DNA of 64,000 bases from Myxococcales bacterium (GCA_047601445.1 JASGJH010000001.1:640001-704000), one strand, 5' to 3'. Counted from the stretch's first letter, positions 34,008 through 48,208 are shown. Notes: generated by a model not told the origin, from the letters alone. Translations and numbers: made by a program.

Positions 34008-34619
34008 ATGGGTCAACCGAAGTCCGAGAACATCACCTGGCACGGCGGCAGCCATCCGCGCGACGAGCGCGAGCGTATCCTCGGTCAACGCGGCGTCACG
34101 CTCTGGTTCACGGGGCTGAGCGGCTCCGGCAAGAGCACGGTCGCGCGCGAGGTGGAGCGCGTGTTGGCCGAACGGGGACGCCACGTCTACACGCTCGACG
34201 GCGACAACGTTCGCTACGGCTTGTGCTCGGACCTCGGTTTCAGCCCCGAGGACCGCGCGGAAAACATCCGCAGGATCGGCGAGGTCTGCAAGCTCTTCAC
34301 GGACGCTGGCACCATCACGTTGGCGGCCTTCGTCTCTCCCTACCGAGCCGATCGCGATCGTGTGCGTGCGATCCTGACCGACGGGGACTTCGTGGAGGTC
34401 TACGTGGCGGCGGACTTGAGCGTCTGCGAAAGCCGCGACCCCAAAGGCCTCTACCGCAAGGCCCGCGCCGGTGAAATTGCAGAATTCACGGGGATTTCCG
34501 CCCCCTACGAGGCCCCCGAGCGACCCGAGATAGCGCTGCGCACGGATCAGGAAGATGTGGCCGCCAGTGCAGCGCGCGTGATTCGCTTTTTGGAAGAGCG
34601 GCGCGTGCTGGGCGGCTGA
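34008..34619 (+). CDS. cysC: Adenylyl-sulfate kinase
   Basis: [37 protein letters not shown]. Confidence 0.96.
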   Translation: MGQPKSENITWHGGSHPRDERERILGQRGVTLWFTGLSGSGKSTVAREVERVLAERGRHVYTLDGDNVRYGLCSDLGFSPEDRAENIRRIGEVCKLFTDAGTITLAAFVSPYRADRDRVRAILTDGDFVEVYVAADLSVCESRDPKGLYRKARAGEIAEFTGISAPYEAPERPEIALRTDQEDVAASAARVIRFLEERRVLGG

Positions 34620-34647
34620 GCACGCGTCCTGGCGCTACGCTCTGGTC

Positions 34648-35370
34648 ATGGCGGGAACGGATGCCGGCCAGGGACAGCGCGGCCTCGGGCACAACGCCGA
34701 GAGGCAGGCTCTGGTGTCTCTGCTCTCGGGGCGCTCCGACATCCGGGATCCGCTGGTGCTGAAGGCGATCGGCGAGGTGCCGCGCGAGCTGTTCGTGTCG
34801 GAGTCCATGCGGCCTGCGGCCTACTGCGACGCGGCCCTGCCCATCGAGTGCGATCAGACGATAAGTCAGCCCTACGTGGTGGCGTTGATGACGCAGCTCG
34901 TGGAGGCCCGCCCGGGCCGGCGCATCCTCGAGATTGGTACGGGCTCGGGCTACCAGGCCGCGGTGTTGGCCGCCGCGGGGGCGGAGGTCTTCAGCGTGGA
35001 GATCATCGAAGCGCTCGCCAGGCGGGCTGCCGAGCGCTTCGCACGCCTCGGCTACCGAGTGCACACCCGACTGGGGGACGGACGTCAGGGCTGGCCTGAG
35101 GAGGGGCCCTTCGACGGCATTCTGGTCACAGCCGCCCCCAGGGAGGTGCCAGCGGCCCTGGTGGCGCAGCTCGCTCCCGGCGGCCGCCTCGTGGTCCCGG
35201 TGGGTGGTCCCGGAGATCAGGAGCTATTGCGGCTGACGCGCGCGCGGACCGGCTCGGGGGTGAGTTGGGAGCGAGTCACCGGTGTGCGCTTCGTACCCCT
35301 GACCGGAGAAGTCGGCGCTTCTTTCATGGCGGCCACGGGCTCTGATACGATAGGGCATGGCCTTGATTGA
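34648..35370 (+). CDS. pcm: Protein-L-isoaspartate O-methyltransferase
   Basis: QTISQPY, LEIGTGSGYQAA, PFDGILVTAA, VRFVPL. Confidence 0.95.
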   Translation: MAGTDAGQGQRGLGHNAERQALVSLLSGRSDIRDPLVLKAIGEVPRELFVSESMRPAAYCDAALPIECDQTISQPYVVALMTQLVEARPGRRILEIGTGSGYQAAVLAAAGAEVFSVEIIEALARRAAERFARLGYRVHTRLGDGRQGWPEEGPFDGILVTAAPREVPAALVAQLAPGGRLVVPVGGPGDQELLRLTRARTGSGVSWERVTGVRFVPLTGEVGASFMAATGSDTIGHGLD

Positions 35371-35620
35371 GACCGAAGAAGCGGCGCGACGCCTGGCGCG
35401 CGCCATCGCCAGTGATCTCTCGCTCTACAACGAAGAGAAGATCATGGAAGGCATTCAGAACGACAACCTGTTCAGCGTGCTCGCCGAAGAACTCGAAGAG
35501 GGCAGGGCGCTCTTCAAGAGTCGCGTGTCCCCCGAGCTGTTCGCCAAGAACTTCTACGACCGTGCGGTGATCGACATCCTGGTTCGCTCCAAGGGCCACG
35601 TCACCTCCCGCATGTGGTGA
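35357..35620 (+). CDS. Small helical hypothetical protein
   Basis: ARRLARAIASDLSLYN..EELEEGR; strong G/C third-position bias. Confidence 0.8.
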   Translation: MALIETEEAARRLARAIASDLSLYNEEKIMEGIQNDNLFSVLAEELEEGRALFKSRVSPELFAKNFYDRAVIDILVRSKGHVTSRMW

Positions 35621-35702
35621 GCGCTCCGCGCCGAGTCCTTGGCTGCGTTTCGCTTCGCCTGGCACGTGCCGTCCTGCTCAAGTCCCCGTAGTCTCCAGCG
35701 CC

Positions 35703-36641
<939 letters not shown>

Positions 36642-36647
36642 CGGACT

Positions 36648-37307
36648 CTACTTTTGGCCCAACAGCTCGCGCGCGCGGGTGGCGTTGGCGTGCATGTCGA
36701 TGTTGTGGAACACGCAGATGACCTGCTTGGCCTTGCTCTGTTTTACGTGGGCCACGATGCGCTCGAGGGAGGCTTCGTCGTAGCGCGAGCGATGGCCGGC
36801 AGGACCGGACAGCCGGAGGTAGGCGAAGTCCACCTTGCCTGCGGGCGGATCGTCCTGGAGCGGATCGTAGGCGGCTACCACGTTCTTCTTGCCGTCGATG
36901 GCGGCCAAGACATCGGCGTGCTTCCAACCCACCATGGAGAGCACCGCGCGTGGATAGCGAGCAGGGAACGCCTCGACGAACTTCTTGAGCTGGGCCTTGT
37001 TCGGTCGCGTGGGGCCGAACTCGGGTTGGGCCGCGAACACCACGGCCTCTGCCTTCATGCTCTTGCTGAGCTGGCCGACTTCTTTGATGAGCTTGTCGGT
37101 CGCGGGCGTGATGACGAAGCCGGCCCCCGCGATGTCCTTGGGGGCGAGCAGCGAGAAGGAGAAGCCCTCGGGGGCCTCGCGCAGCCAACGACGCACGGTG
37201 CCCGCCCCGGGAATGCCTAGCTCCGTTTCGGAGATCTCGACGCCCTCGAACTCCCGGAAGTATCGACTAACGGGGACCGGGAACCCTGAGCATGCGACCA
37301 CTGCCAT
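36648..37307 (-). CDS. DUF72 family protein (divergent)
   Basis: ACSGF, RYFREFEGVEI, RWLREAPEGFSFSLLAPK, YLRLSG, VFHNIDMHANA. Confidence 0.75.
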   Translation of the reverse strand: MAVVACSGFPVPVSRYFREFEGVEISETELGIPGAGTVRRWLREAPEGFSFSLLAPKDIAGAGFVITPATDKLIKEVGQLSKSMKAEAVVFAAQPEFGPTRPNKAQLKKFVEAFPARYPRAVLSMVGWKHADVLAAIDGKKNVVAAYDPLQDDPPAGKVDFAYLRLSGPAGHRSRYDEASLERIVAHVKQSKAKQVICVFHNIDMHANATRARELLGQK

Positions 37308-37416
37308 CGCCGCGGGAGTATAGTCGGGCTCATCCGTGAAAGGCACACTTTGTGGAACCTCCGCTGATACTGGCGGCGCGAGGGGGCCCAGTTCGTTGCG
37401 GTCCGGAGCTGCCGAC

Positions 37417-38109
37417 CTACTCCGGATCCTCGACTTTCCAGCCGTCGTCTTCGCGTAGGAAGCGGGCCGTAAAGCTCTCTCCGTAGGGCATGGTGGCGCG
37501 CTCGCCGACGATCTCGATGGGCGCATCGCCGCTTGCCTTGAGGAGCGCCACGATTCGGGTGAGCTCCTCGATCTGCTCGGACAGGTTCTTGCCCAGCGTC
37601 GCCGCGTCGAGCCCGGCCCGGTCGGCCTCGGGCATCAACCTGAGTACGACGTCCCAGCGGGAGCCCTCGACCGCCCGGACGAAGCTCGCGAGTGCGGCCC
37701 TGGGCGTGTCCTGAGGGTAGAAGTCGGTCAGGGGGCTCTCGATCCGGAACTGGCCCGTCCTCGGGTCCTGGACGAGCTCGACGGGTTGGCCATCGGACGC
37801 CTTGGGCACCTCGGCGAGGACCCGCACCGGGCCCAACTTGGTCAGGCTCGCCTGCAGCGCGGCCGCCTCTTTGGGGTTGTCCCGCAGCTGAGCCTCGAAC
37901 GCGGCCGGCGTAAGCCGTGCTTGGGCTTCGGGAGAAAGGAGGGCATAGGCCGCCTTGGTGTCGCCCTTCGAGAGCGCCGTCCGGAAGCCGGCTAGCACGG
38001 CCTCGGGTCCCTGGGTCCGGGGTGTCCGATGGCACGCAGAGCAGGCCAGCACTGCCAGCAATGTGCCCAGGGGCGCCACATGTCGGAGCTGGCCACGCAT
38101 TCTGCGCAT
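37417..38109 (-). CDS. Hypothetical lipoprotein with internal duplication
   Basis: LACSAC lipobox; GPEAVLAGFRTAL and TPRAALASFVRAV repeated modules. Confidence 0.72.
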   Translation of the reverse strand: MRRMRGQLRHVAPLGTLLAVLACSACHRTPRTQGPEAVLAGFRTALSKGDTKAAYALLSPEAQARLTPAAFEAQLRDNPKEAAALQASLTKLGPVRVLAEVPKASDGQPVELVQDPRTGQFRIESPLTDFYPQDTPRAALASFVRAVEGSRWDVVLRLMPEADRAGLDAATLGKNLSEQIEELTRIVALLKASGDAPIEIVGERATMPYGESFTARFLREDDGWKVEDPE

Positions 38110-38174
38110 TCTGGCACAAAACTTCCCCTGGGACTCTCCTTTGGTACGATGCCTCAGTGTCAGGCGAGGCCCCT

Positions 38175-41100
38175 ATGAACGCGGACAATCTCGACATCCG
38201 GCTACTTCGTTACCGGTCGCGTCGGGACGAATCTCCGCACGCGTTGGCGAGTGCACTTTTGGAAGCTGGGCGGGCGCAAGAAGCGCTCGAAGTCATCCGG
38301 CTCTCGGCCGCGGACCGCGCGCCCGATGCACGCTTGCTCGTGATCGAGGGAAGGGCCTGGTTCGACCAGTCTTCGTTGCCCGAAGCACAGGACGCGCTGA
38401 TGCGCGCTGCCAAGGCCGATCCGCGCGACAAAGAACCTTACCGCTGGTTGGCGCAGGTGTTGATGAAGCGTGGGGAGCCCGGGCGCGCCGTGCAGGTGCT
38501 CGAGCGCGCGCTGCAGATCGACGCCACGGATAAGGCGCTGCAACAAGCTCACATGCGTGCGCAGCGTCTGGCTCGCATTGCCAGCGACACCGAGCTGTCG
38601 GGCGATTCGCCAGTGGTGCCCGCGGCCGCGGCGTCCAAGCCTCCCGTCGCGTCCAAGCCTCCCGTTGCGTCCAAGCCTCCCGTTGCGTCCAAGCCTCCCG
38701 CACCGGCGGCTTCGGCGCGACCCGCGCCTGGCCTGGGGAGCCCCACCGTGCGTCCACAGGAGTCCGCCCGCCCGGTCGCCGCACCGCAGGTCGTGTTGGC
38801 GCGGCCCAAGTCAGCGCCCAAGCAGATCCCCGACGACGTGCGCTTCGTGCTCGACCGCGAGCCAGACAACACGCCTGCCCCGCGCAACCGTCCGCCCTCG
38901 CAGCCGCAGCTGCCCGCCGTGGTCACGCCCGACTCGGTCGATGATCAGCCCACCGCGGCCTTCGAGATGCCCGCCGAGATCCGCAACTGGATCCAGGCCG
39001 AGCGCGCCAGCGAGATGGTCACCATGCCGCCCGCGCCGAGCGAGCCCATTCCCTCGCCCGTGTTCGAGCTCTCCAAGCCGCGCGGCTCGGAAGGCGGCGT
39101 GCCCGACTTCTCCAACGACTTCGACGCGGCGATGGCCCGCGACGGCGAGGCGCTGCCGAATGTCGGACCCGCCGCGCCTCCGGCCGAGGCCGAGCCTCCG
39201 GAGCAGGTGCTCGAGATGCTGGCCCAACAGGGCGTGTTCGAGAACAAGCGGGCGGGCACCGGCGTGGGTTGGGCCTCCAAGGGCGAAGCGCCACGCGCCG
39301 GCAATCGCGTGGGCACCACCCTGGCCGTGACCTGGGTGCTCGCGTTGGCGGCCGCGGGCGGCGGCTACTACGGCTGGACCCAGTGGCTAGGTGCGCGTCG
39401 GGCCGACGCCCGCGCGTTGATCCAGCAAGCCGTGGCCGAGTCCCACGACGGTGAGCACGCCTCGCTGATGTCGGCGGAGCGCCACTTGATCGAAGCGCGT
39501 TCGCTGGATCCCAAGTCCTCGGAAGCGGTCGAGCAACTGCTATTCGTCCACGCCACGCGCGCGCTCGAGGACGCGAGCGGAGACGTGGGCTACCTGCGCA
39601 ATACCCTGGTGCGCGCCGAGGCGGCCAAGAGCTCGCCCGCGCTGATCGCGGCGTCCAAGGCGTTGGTGAGCGCGGTGGATCGCGACGGAGGCAAGGCCAA
39701 GGAGCAGGCCGCCCTGGCGCTCAAAGACGGAGCCCAGGACGCGCGTGTGCTCTACCTGGTAGGCCGTTTGTATCAGCGATCGGGTAGCCCTGAAGCGCGC
39801 GAACTCCTGCAGCAAGCCTCCAGCAAGGATGCGAGCCTGGCGTTGGCCTGGTCGGCCGAGGCGGAGATCGCACTGGCTGCGGCGCAGCTCGAGGAGAGCC
39901 GCGCCTTGCTCGAGAAGGCCCTGGGAGCGGACAAGAAGTTCCTGCGCGCAGAGCTGTGGCGCATCGTGCTCGACACCAGCGCGGAGAGCGCCGCCGGCAT
40001 CAAGCCGAAGCTCGCCGCCCTGGCGGAGCGCGTGAAGGCGGGCTCGGCTTCCGATCAACTCTTGGCAATGATCGCCCAGGCACGCGTGGAGCGCGAGCTC
40101 GGCCAAGCCGACGCCGCGCGCGCCGCGCTCGATGGCGCACAGAAGCTCACCGTGCTCGATCCCGAGCTGATGTCCTTGTTGGGGCAGGAAGCCTTTGCGC
40201 TGGGGCTCAACGATCTCGCCTTTCGCGCTGCCAATGCGGCGGTCACGGCCGCGCCCGACGTCGCTCGCTATCGCGAGACCCTGATCAGCGCGCTTCTGGG
40301 CCGGGGCGACGGGCGCGCCGCGATGCGCGCGCTCGAAGGCATCGAAGGGACCGAGGGCGACACCTGGCTGATGCTCAGCAAGGCGCGCGCGGGTCTCCTG
40401 ATGGGCTCCCGTGAAGCCCTCGCCGACACCAAGAAAGCGCTGGCGGCCTATCGCGGCACGGCGGCGGGACGCGAAGACACCGAAGCGGCAGCGCTCCTGT
40501 TGCGCGCGGATCTCAAGCTCGGCGCCAACGCCGAGTCGCTGTTGCCCACGGCGCGTACGCTCGTGCAGCAAAAGCCCGACAGCGTCGGGGCCCTGCTCGC
40601 GTTGGGCGAGGCCGCCTTGCTGGCAGGGCAGGGCGAGCTCGCACAGAGCACGCTCACGCGCGCCAGCAAGAGCTTTCCCACCGATGCCGACGCGCACTAT
40701 CTGCTCGGACGGACCCAACGCTTGCTGGGCAAGCCGGAGCAGGCCAAGGCCGAGTTCAACGAAGCACTCAAGCTTGCGCCCGGCCACGAACAGGCCCGCG
40801 AGGCGCTCGGCGGACTCTTGCTCGACTCCGGTGACTACACCGAGGCTAACGAGGTATTCGGCAAGCTCGAGCGTGACGGCTCGGGCGTAAGCGCGTCCTT
40901 CGGCGCCGTCGAGGCGCTGCTCGGTAATGGCGACATCGCGGCGGCAGAGGCCCGGCTCGACCGCCTCGACGACGAGCAGAAGGCGCTGCCCGCAGCCAAG
41001 CTGCTGATGGCGCGCACGGCGATTGCCAAGGGCAAGCCTGCGCAGGCGCTCGAGCTGCTCGAGCCGCTGGTCGCCAAGGACTCGGAGACGCGCACGGCCG

Positions 41101-41564
41101 AGATGTTGTCGGCCTACGGCGAGGCACTCTACGCGAGCGACCGGGTCGATCCCGCGGCGGGTGCATTCGAGGCCGCCCTCGAGCTCGACGCCACCTTGCC
41201 GGACGCTTTGATCGGTCGCGCCATGACCGCCGTGCGCGCCGAGAAGACCAAGGACGCCAAGGGCTTCCTCGAGAGCGCGCAGAAGGCGCTCGCCACCCGC
41301 GTTCGTCCGCCGCGCATGAAGGCGCTGTTGCTCGTTACGTGGGCGAAGGCGAACCTGATCGACAAGGACTTCGACCAGGCCAAGCAGAAGCTGCTCGAAG
41401 CCGTGGCGCTGCCCGGTGCTCCCTCCGAGACTCACTTTTGGCTGGCCGAGAGCCTGAGCAAGACCAAGTCGCAGGGCGCTAGCGAGAGCTACGCGCGCTA
41501 CCTGGAGCTCGATCCCAACGGCGCCTACGCGGCCCGCGCCAAGCGAGCCCTCGCGCCTCGTTGA
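38175..41564 (+). CDS. Large bitopic TPR protein
   Basis: N-terminal TPRs, Pro-rich linker, TM (LAVTWVLALAAAGGGYYGW), long TPR array ending YLELDPNGAYA. Confidence 0.87.
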   Translation: MNADNLDIRLLRYRSRRDESPHALASALLEAGRAQEALEVIRLSAADRAPDARLLVIEGRAWFDQSSLPEAQDALMRAAKADPRDKEPYRWLAQVLMKRGEPGRAVQVLERALQIDATDKALQQAHMRAQRLARIASDTELSGDSPVVPAAAASKPPVASKPPVASKPPVASKPPAPAASARPAPGLGSPTVRPQESARPVAAPQVVLARPKSAPKQIPDDVRFVLDREPDNTPAPRNRPPSQPQLPAVVTPDSVDDQPTAAFEMPAEIRNWIQAERASEMVTMPPAPSEPIPSPVFELSKPRGSEGGVPDFSNDFDAAMARDGEALPNVGPAAPPAEAEPPEQVLEMLAQQGVFENKRAGTGVGWASKGEAPRAGNRVGTTLAVTWVLALAAAGGGYYGWTQWLGARRADARALIQQAVAESHDGEHASLMSAERHLIEARSLDPKSSEAVEQLLFVHATRALEDASGDVGYLRNTLVRAEAAKSSPALIAASKALVSAVDRDGGKAKEQAALALKDGAQDARVLYLVGRLYQRSGSPEARELLQQASSKDASLALAWSAEAEIALAAAQLEESRALLEKALGADKKFLRAELWRIVLDTSAESAAGIKPKLAALAERVKAGSASDQLLAMIAQARVERELGQADAARAALDGAQKLTVLDPELMSLLGQEAFALGLNDLAFRAANAAVTAAPDVARYRETLISALLGRGDGRAAMRALEGIEGTEGDTWLMLSKARAGLLMGSREALADTKKALAAYRGTAAGREDTEAAALLLRADLKLGANAESLLPTARTLVQQKPDSVGALLALGEAALLAGQGELAQSTLTRASKSFPTDADAHYLLGRTQRLLGKPEQAKAEFNEALKLAPGHEQAREALGGLLLDSGDYTEANEVFGKLERDGSGVSASFGAVEALLGNGDIAAAEARLDRLDDEQKALPAAKLLMARTAIAKGKPAQALELLEPLVAKDSETRTAEMLSAYGEALYASDRVDPAAGAFEAALELDATLPDALIGRAMTAVRAEKTKDAKGFLESAQKALATRVRPPRMKALLLVTWAKANLIDKDFDQAKQKLLEAVALPGAPSETHFWLAESLSKTKSQGASESYARYLELDPNGAYAARAKRALAPR
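38631..38702 (+). repeat. In-frame tandem repeat, 4 x 18 bp (ASKPPV x3, ASKPPA)
   Basis: GCGTCCAAGCCTCCCG(TC/TT/TT/CA). Confidence 0.95.
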
Positions 41565-41568
41565 TCCC

Positions 41569-42788
41569 GTGAGCCAGTCAGGCGAGAGCAGCGCGCCCTT
41601 CGTGTCCGAGTTCGCTGGCTGGGTGACCCTCGGGGCGGCGGTCGGCGCCGTCTGCGGGGTCGCCTCGGCGCTGTTCCTGTGGGGGCTCGAGGAAGTCACC
41701 GAGCTGCGCACGGAGCACCGCTCGTTGGTCTTCGCGTTGCCCCTGGCAGGCGTGCTGATAGGCCTGTTTTACGAGCGTTTCGGTCGTCCCATCGAGGCCG
41801 GCAGCAACCTCATCATCGATACCATCCACGACGACGGTCCCGAGATCCCCCTGCGCATGGCCCCGATGGTGCTGGCAGGTACACTGCTGACGCATCTGTT
41901 CGGAGGCAGCGCTGGGCGCGAGGGCACGGCGGTGCAGATGGGGGCGAGCTTGGCGGACACGCTCGCCCACCGCTTGCGACTACCGCTCGGCTTGCGGCGC
42001 AAGTTGCTCACGGCAGGCGTCGCGGGCGGCTTCGGATCAGTGTTCGGTACCCCGGTGGCGGGCATGATCTTCGGCTTGGAGTTCGTGGTGCTCGGTCGCC
42101 TCGAGTACGGCGCCTTGGTGCCGGCGCTGGTGGCCTCGCTCGTGGGCGACTACACCACGCGGGCCCTGGGCATCGAACACACGCCGTATCCGCAGGTCGC
42201 GGCGCTCCCGTTGTCTCCGTCGGTGCTCCTCAAGTGGTTCGCGTTCGCGCTGTGCTGCGCGCTTTTGGCCGCTGCCTTCATCGAGCTCACGCATGCACTC
42301 AAGCGGCAGGCGACGCGCTTCATCCCGAGACTGCCCTGGCGAATGGCGCTCGGTGGAACCGTGGTGGTCCTGATGTGGCTCGCGACTTCGGACGACTACC
42401 TGGGTCTCGGCGTGCCGACCATCTTGCGCGCGTTTTCCGATCCCTCGCTGCCTGCCGCGGAGGCACCGCTCAAGCTCGTGTTCACAGCCGTCACCTTGGG
42501 GGCGGGCTTCCTCGGCGGCGAGGTGACACCGCTCTTCTTCGTGGGGGCGACGCTCGGCAATTTGCTGGGTCGTGTCCTTGGGTTACCGCTCGAACTTGCA
42601 GCCGGTGTGGGATTGTCGGCGGTGTTCGCAGGAGCGGCCAAGGCGCCGCTGGCGCTGTCCGTGATGGCGCTCGAGCTGCTCGGGGCGAACGTGTTTCCCC
42701 ACGCCGTCTTGGTCTGCGTACTAACCTATTTCTTCAGCGGTCGACGCAGCATCTACGCCGCCAAGCTCAAACCCGGACGCGTCACCTA

Positions 42789-42789
<1 letters not shown>
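41569..42789 (+). CDS. eriC: CLC family transporter, CLC-F (fluoride/H+ antiporter) subtype
   Basis: GSNLII, GREGT and GEVTP signatures of the CLC-F clade. Confidence 0.88.
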
Positions 42790-43934
<1,145 letters not shown>

Positions 43935-43989
43935 GTGCTCCAGAGCGCGATTAGGTGCGGGCGCGAACGGGAAACCAGGAGAACGGTCG

Positions 43990-44724
43990 ATGCGGTTGGG
44001 AAGTGCGGGGCGGGTTGCGAACAATGGATGGATGGTGGCGGCGTGTCTGGTGTCGGCGGCCTGCGGCGCCAAGGCGCCCGTGAGTGAGGCGCCACAGGAA
44101 GAGGCCAGCAGCGGCTCCGAGGAGCGCGACGGCAGCGCCGATTCGCTCAACGTGAGCGGTCTGCACGGCACCCTCTCTCAGCAAGAGATCCAGAACGCGC
44201 TGGAGCCCCGCATGCTCAAGTTCAGCCGCTGCGTGCAGAAGCGCTCGGGCGACGTGGAGTGGGTCTCGGGTGGCATGGCCTTCGAGTTCAAGGTGGCGGT
44301 CAATGGTTCGGTGACGTCGGTGTATCCCAAGCAGAGCAGCATGGGCGACCGCGAGACCGAGCGCTGCATGCTCGACGTAGCCAAGGGCACTCGCTTCCCC
44401 GCGCCCCACGGCGGTGACGCCGAGTTCGGCTGGTCGCTCGAGGTGCCGCTCGACCCCGAAGTGCGCAGCCCGGTGCCGTGGACCGCGGCCGAGGCCGGCG
44501 CGGTGATCAGCGCGCGCGCCCCCGAGCTCGGCACGCAGTGCGGGGCCGGTCCCTATGACCTGACGGCCTACGTGGACGTCGAGGGCAAGGTGGTGGCCGT
44601 GGGTGGCGCGGTGCAGAGCGAGACCAGCGCGGAGCAGCTCGACTGCGTGACCCAGGCCGTGCAGGGCTGGGTGTTCCCGAGCCCTGGCTCCTACGCCGCC
44701 AAGCTCAATTTCCAGGTGGACTGA
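43990..44724 (+). CDS. Lipoprotein with AgmX/PglI (TonB-C-like) domain(s)
   Basis: LVSAAC lipobox; two modules ending RFPAP and WVFPSP with paired Cys. Confidence 0.65.
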   Translation: MRLGSAGRVANNGWMVAACLVSAACGAKAPVSEAPQEEASSGSEERDGSADSLNVSGLHGTLSQQEIQNALEPRMLKFSRCVQKRSGDVEWVSGGMAFEFKVAVNGSVTSVYPKQSSMGDRETERCMLDVAKGTRFPAPHGGDAEFGWSLEVPLDPEVRSPVPWTAAEAGAVISARAPELGTQCGAGPYDLTAYVDVEGKVVAVGGAVQSETSAEQLDCVTQAVQGWVFPSPGSYAAKLNFQVD

Positions 44725-44726
44725 CC

Positions 44727-45863
<1,137 letters not shown>

Positions 45864-45873
45864 GCTTGGGAAG

Positions 45874-46398
45874 ATGACCGACGAGGCGCTCGATACCGCC
45901 CACTGGGAAGCCGCCGAAGAGGGCGCGGAGCTGATCCGAGAAGGGGAGCTCAACGCAGCCATCCACGAGCTTTCCGAGTTGATCCAGCGCGACCCAAAGA
46001 ATCCCTATGGGTTCCATTTCCTCGGCTCGGCGTTCTTCGAGTCCAAGGAGTTCGCCAAGGCGCTCAAGGCCTATCTGTCCGCGGTGGAGCTCAAGCCCGA
46101 CTATGTGGGGGCCTTGATGGGAGCGGGCTGGTCCTTGCACTCACTCGGGCGCTATCGCGACGCGCTGCGGGTGGGACGCCAGGTGCTTCTCAAATCGAAG
46201 GACGACCCGGATGCCCTGCACTTGATGGGGCTATGCCACTACTCGATGGGAGACGCGGCCGCCGCACTTGGTTATCTGACTCGCTTTTTGGCCACCCAGC
46301 CCGAGATCGAAGTCGCGCTGGAAGTCGAAGGATTGATCAAAGTCCTGCGGGGCGAAGTGCAAGCATTGCCCGAAGAGGACGAGCAGGACGATGATTAG
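45874..46398 (+). CDS. TPR protein
   Basis: Several TPR-like repeats (FHFLGSAF, ALMGAG, LHLMGLCH); acidic tail. Confidence 0.85.
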   Translation: MTDEALDTAHWEAAEEGAELIREGELNAAIHELSELIQRDPKNPYGFHFLGSAFFESKEFAKALKAYLSAVELKPDYVGALMGAGWSLHSLGRYRDALRVGRQVLLKSKDDPDALHLMGLCHYSMGDAAAALGYLTRFLATQPEIEVALEVEGLIKVLRGEVQALPEEDEQDDD

Positions 46399-46462
46399 CG
46401 ACAGGTAGCTTGGTTCCTTAGCCGGCTCACCCAGTGGTTTCGGGCGGGCCAAGGAGGTTCCC

Positions 46463-48208
46463 ATGGCGAAGAGTCGAAGCGAGCGACCGTCGGCGCCGCC
46501 GCATGCCCGCGAGCAGAGCGTTCCCACGCGCGAGCCCGAGAACCAGCAGAAGCCCTCATCGGGTCAAGCCGCTCAGGCCGCCTGGGAGCAGGCCGCCCAA
46601 AAGAGCACGGAGCGGGTGCCGCTGCGCAAGGCGCGTTTCACCACGGTGAGCGAACTCGAGGTGCCCGCAGTGGCCACGCCGCGCGAGATCGACGACCACT
46701 ATCTCGAGCACCACGGTTTCCCCGGGGCATTTCCCTTCACCCGCGGCGTCCAGCCCACCGGCTACCGGGGCAGGCTATGGACCATGCGACAGTTTGCGGG
46801 CTTCGGCACCGCGGCGCAGACCAACCAGCGCTTCAAGTACCTGCTCGCTCAGGGCCAGACGGGGCTCAGCACGGCCTTCGATTTTCCAACCTTGATGGGG
46901 TACGACAGCGACTCGCCGCGCGCGCTCGGTGAGGTGGGCATGTGCGGCGTGGCCATCGACACGTTGCGCGACATGGACACGCTGTTCGACGGTATCGCGC
47001 TCGACCAGATCACCACCTCCATGACCATCAACGGACCGGCGCTGGTCTTGTTGGCATTCTACGTGGCGCTCGCAGATGAGCGTGGCATCGCCCGCAGTGC
47101 GCTCGGCGGGACGATCCAGAACGACTGTCTCAAGGAGTTCATCGCCCAACATGCCTGGGTGGTCGGGCCGCGTCCTGCCATGCGAATCGTCACCGACATG
47201 ATCGCGTTCTGCACCGCGGAAATGCCGCGCTGGAACAGCGTGAGCATCAGCGGCTACCACATCCGTGAAGCCGGCGCGACCGCGACCCAGGAGCTGGCCT
47301 TCACGCTGGCCGACGGCCTCGCCTACGTGGACTCTGCGGTGCAGCGCGGGCTCGACGTGGACGCGTTCGCGCCTCGTTTGAGCTTCTTCTTCGATGTGCA
47401 TAGCGACTTCTTCGAGGAGATCGCCAAGTTCCGCGCCGCGCGACGCATGTGGGCTCGCTTCATGCGCGAGCGCTTCGGAGCCAAGAAGGCGGAGTCCATG
47501 ATGCTGCGCACCCACGCCCAGACGGCAGGCGTGTCGCTGACCGCGCAGCAGCCCTACAACAACGTCGTGCGCGTGGCGCTGCAGGCACTGTCGGCGGTGT
47601 TGGGAGGCACGCAGTCGTTGCATACCAACTCGCTCGACGAGACCTACGCGCTGCCCACCGAGGAAGCCGTGCGCATCGCCTTGCGCACCCAGCAGATCAT
47701 CGCCGAGGAGAGCGGCGTGGCCAACACCATCGACCCGCTCGCGGGCAGCTACTTCGTGGAGGGGCTGACCGACAAGTTGGAGGCCGAGGCGCTCGAGTTG
47801 ATCAGCAAGATCGACCGCATGGGCGGCATGGTGTCGGCCATCGAGAAGGGCTATCCCCAGCGCGAAATCGCCTCGAGTGCCTATCGGTTCCAGCGTCAGC
47901 TGGAGAACGGCGAGCGCGCGATCGTGGGCATCAATGTCCATGCAGCCAACGAGCCCGACCGGATTCCCATCCTGAGGGTCGATGAGAGCAGCGAGCGCGA
48001 GCAGCGGGCCCGCCTCGCCGAGGTGAAGCGCGCGCGCGATCCGCGCCGGGTCGCCGAGGCGCTGACCAGCGTGAAGAGCGCGGCCTCGGGCCACGAGAAC
48101 CTGGTACCGCCGGTGATCGCGGCGGCCAAGGCGCTCTGCACCGAGCAGGAGATCTGCGACGTGCTCAGGGAGGTCCTCGGGACCCATGAGGATCGGCCGG
48201 AGTTTTGA
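46463..48208 (+). CDS. B12-dependent acyl-CoA mutase large subunit (methylmalonyl-CoA mutase family, isobutyryl-CoA mutase-like)
   Basis: [39 protein letters not shown]; no DxHxxG B12 domain; AAGGAGG RBS. Confidence 0.92.
   Translation: MAKSRSERPSAPPHAREQSVPTREPENQQKPSSGQAAQAAWEQAAQKSTERVPLRKARFTTVSELEVPAVATPREIDDHYLEHHGFPGAFPFTRGVQPTGYRGRLWTMRQFAGFGTAAQTNQRFKYLLAQGQTGLSTAFDFPTLMGYDSDSPRALGEVGMCGVAIDTLRDMDTLFDGIALDQITTSMTINGPALVLLAFYVALADERGIARSALGGTIQNDCLKEFIAQHAWVVGPRPAMRIVTDMIAFCTAEMPRWNSVSISGYHIREAGATATQELAFTLADGLAYVDSAVQRGLDVDAFAPRLSFFFDVHSDFFEEIAKFRAARRMWARFMRERFGAKKAESMMLRTHAQTAGVSLTAQQPYNNVVRVALQALSAVLGGTQSLHTNSLDETYALPTEEAVRIALRTQQIIAEESGVANTIDPLAGSYFVEGLTDKLEAEALELISKIDRMGGMVSAIEKGYPQREIASSAYRFQRQLENGERAIVGINVHAANEPDRIPILRVDESSEREQRARLAEVKRARDPRRVAEALTSVKSAASGHENLVPPVIAAAKALCTEQEICDVLREVLGTHEDRPEF

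Noticed and set aside
46399..46462. Cobalamin riboswitch before the B12 mutase
   Set aside because: Only 64 bp intergenic and no B12 box
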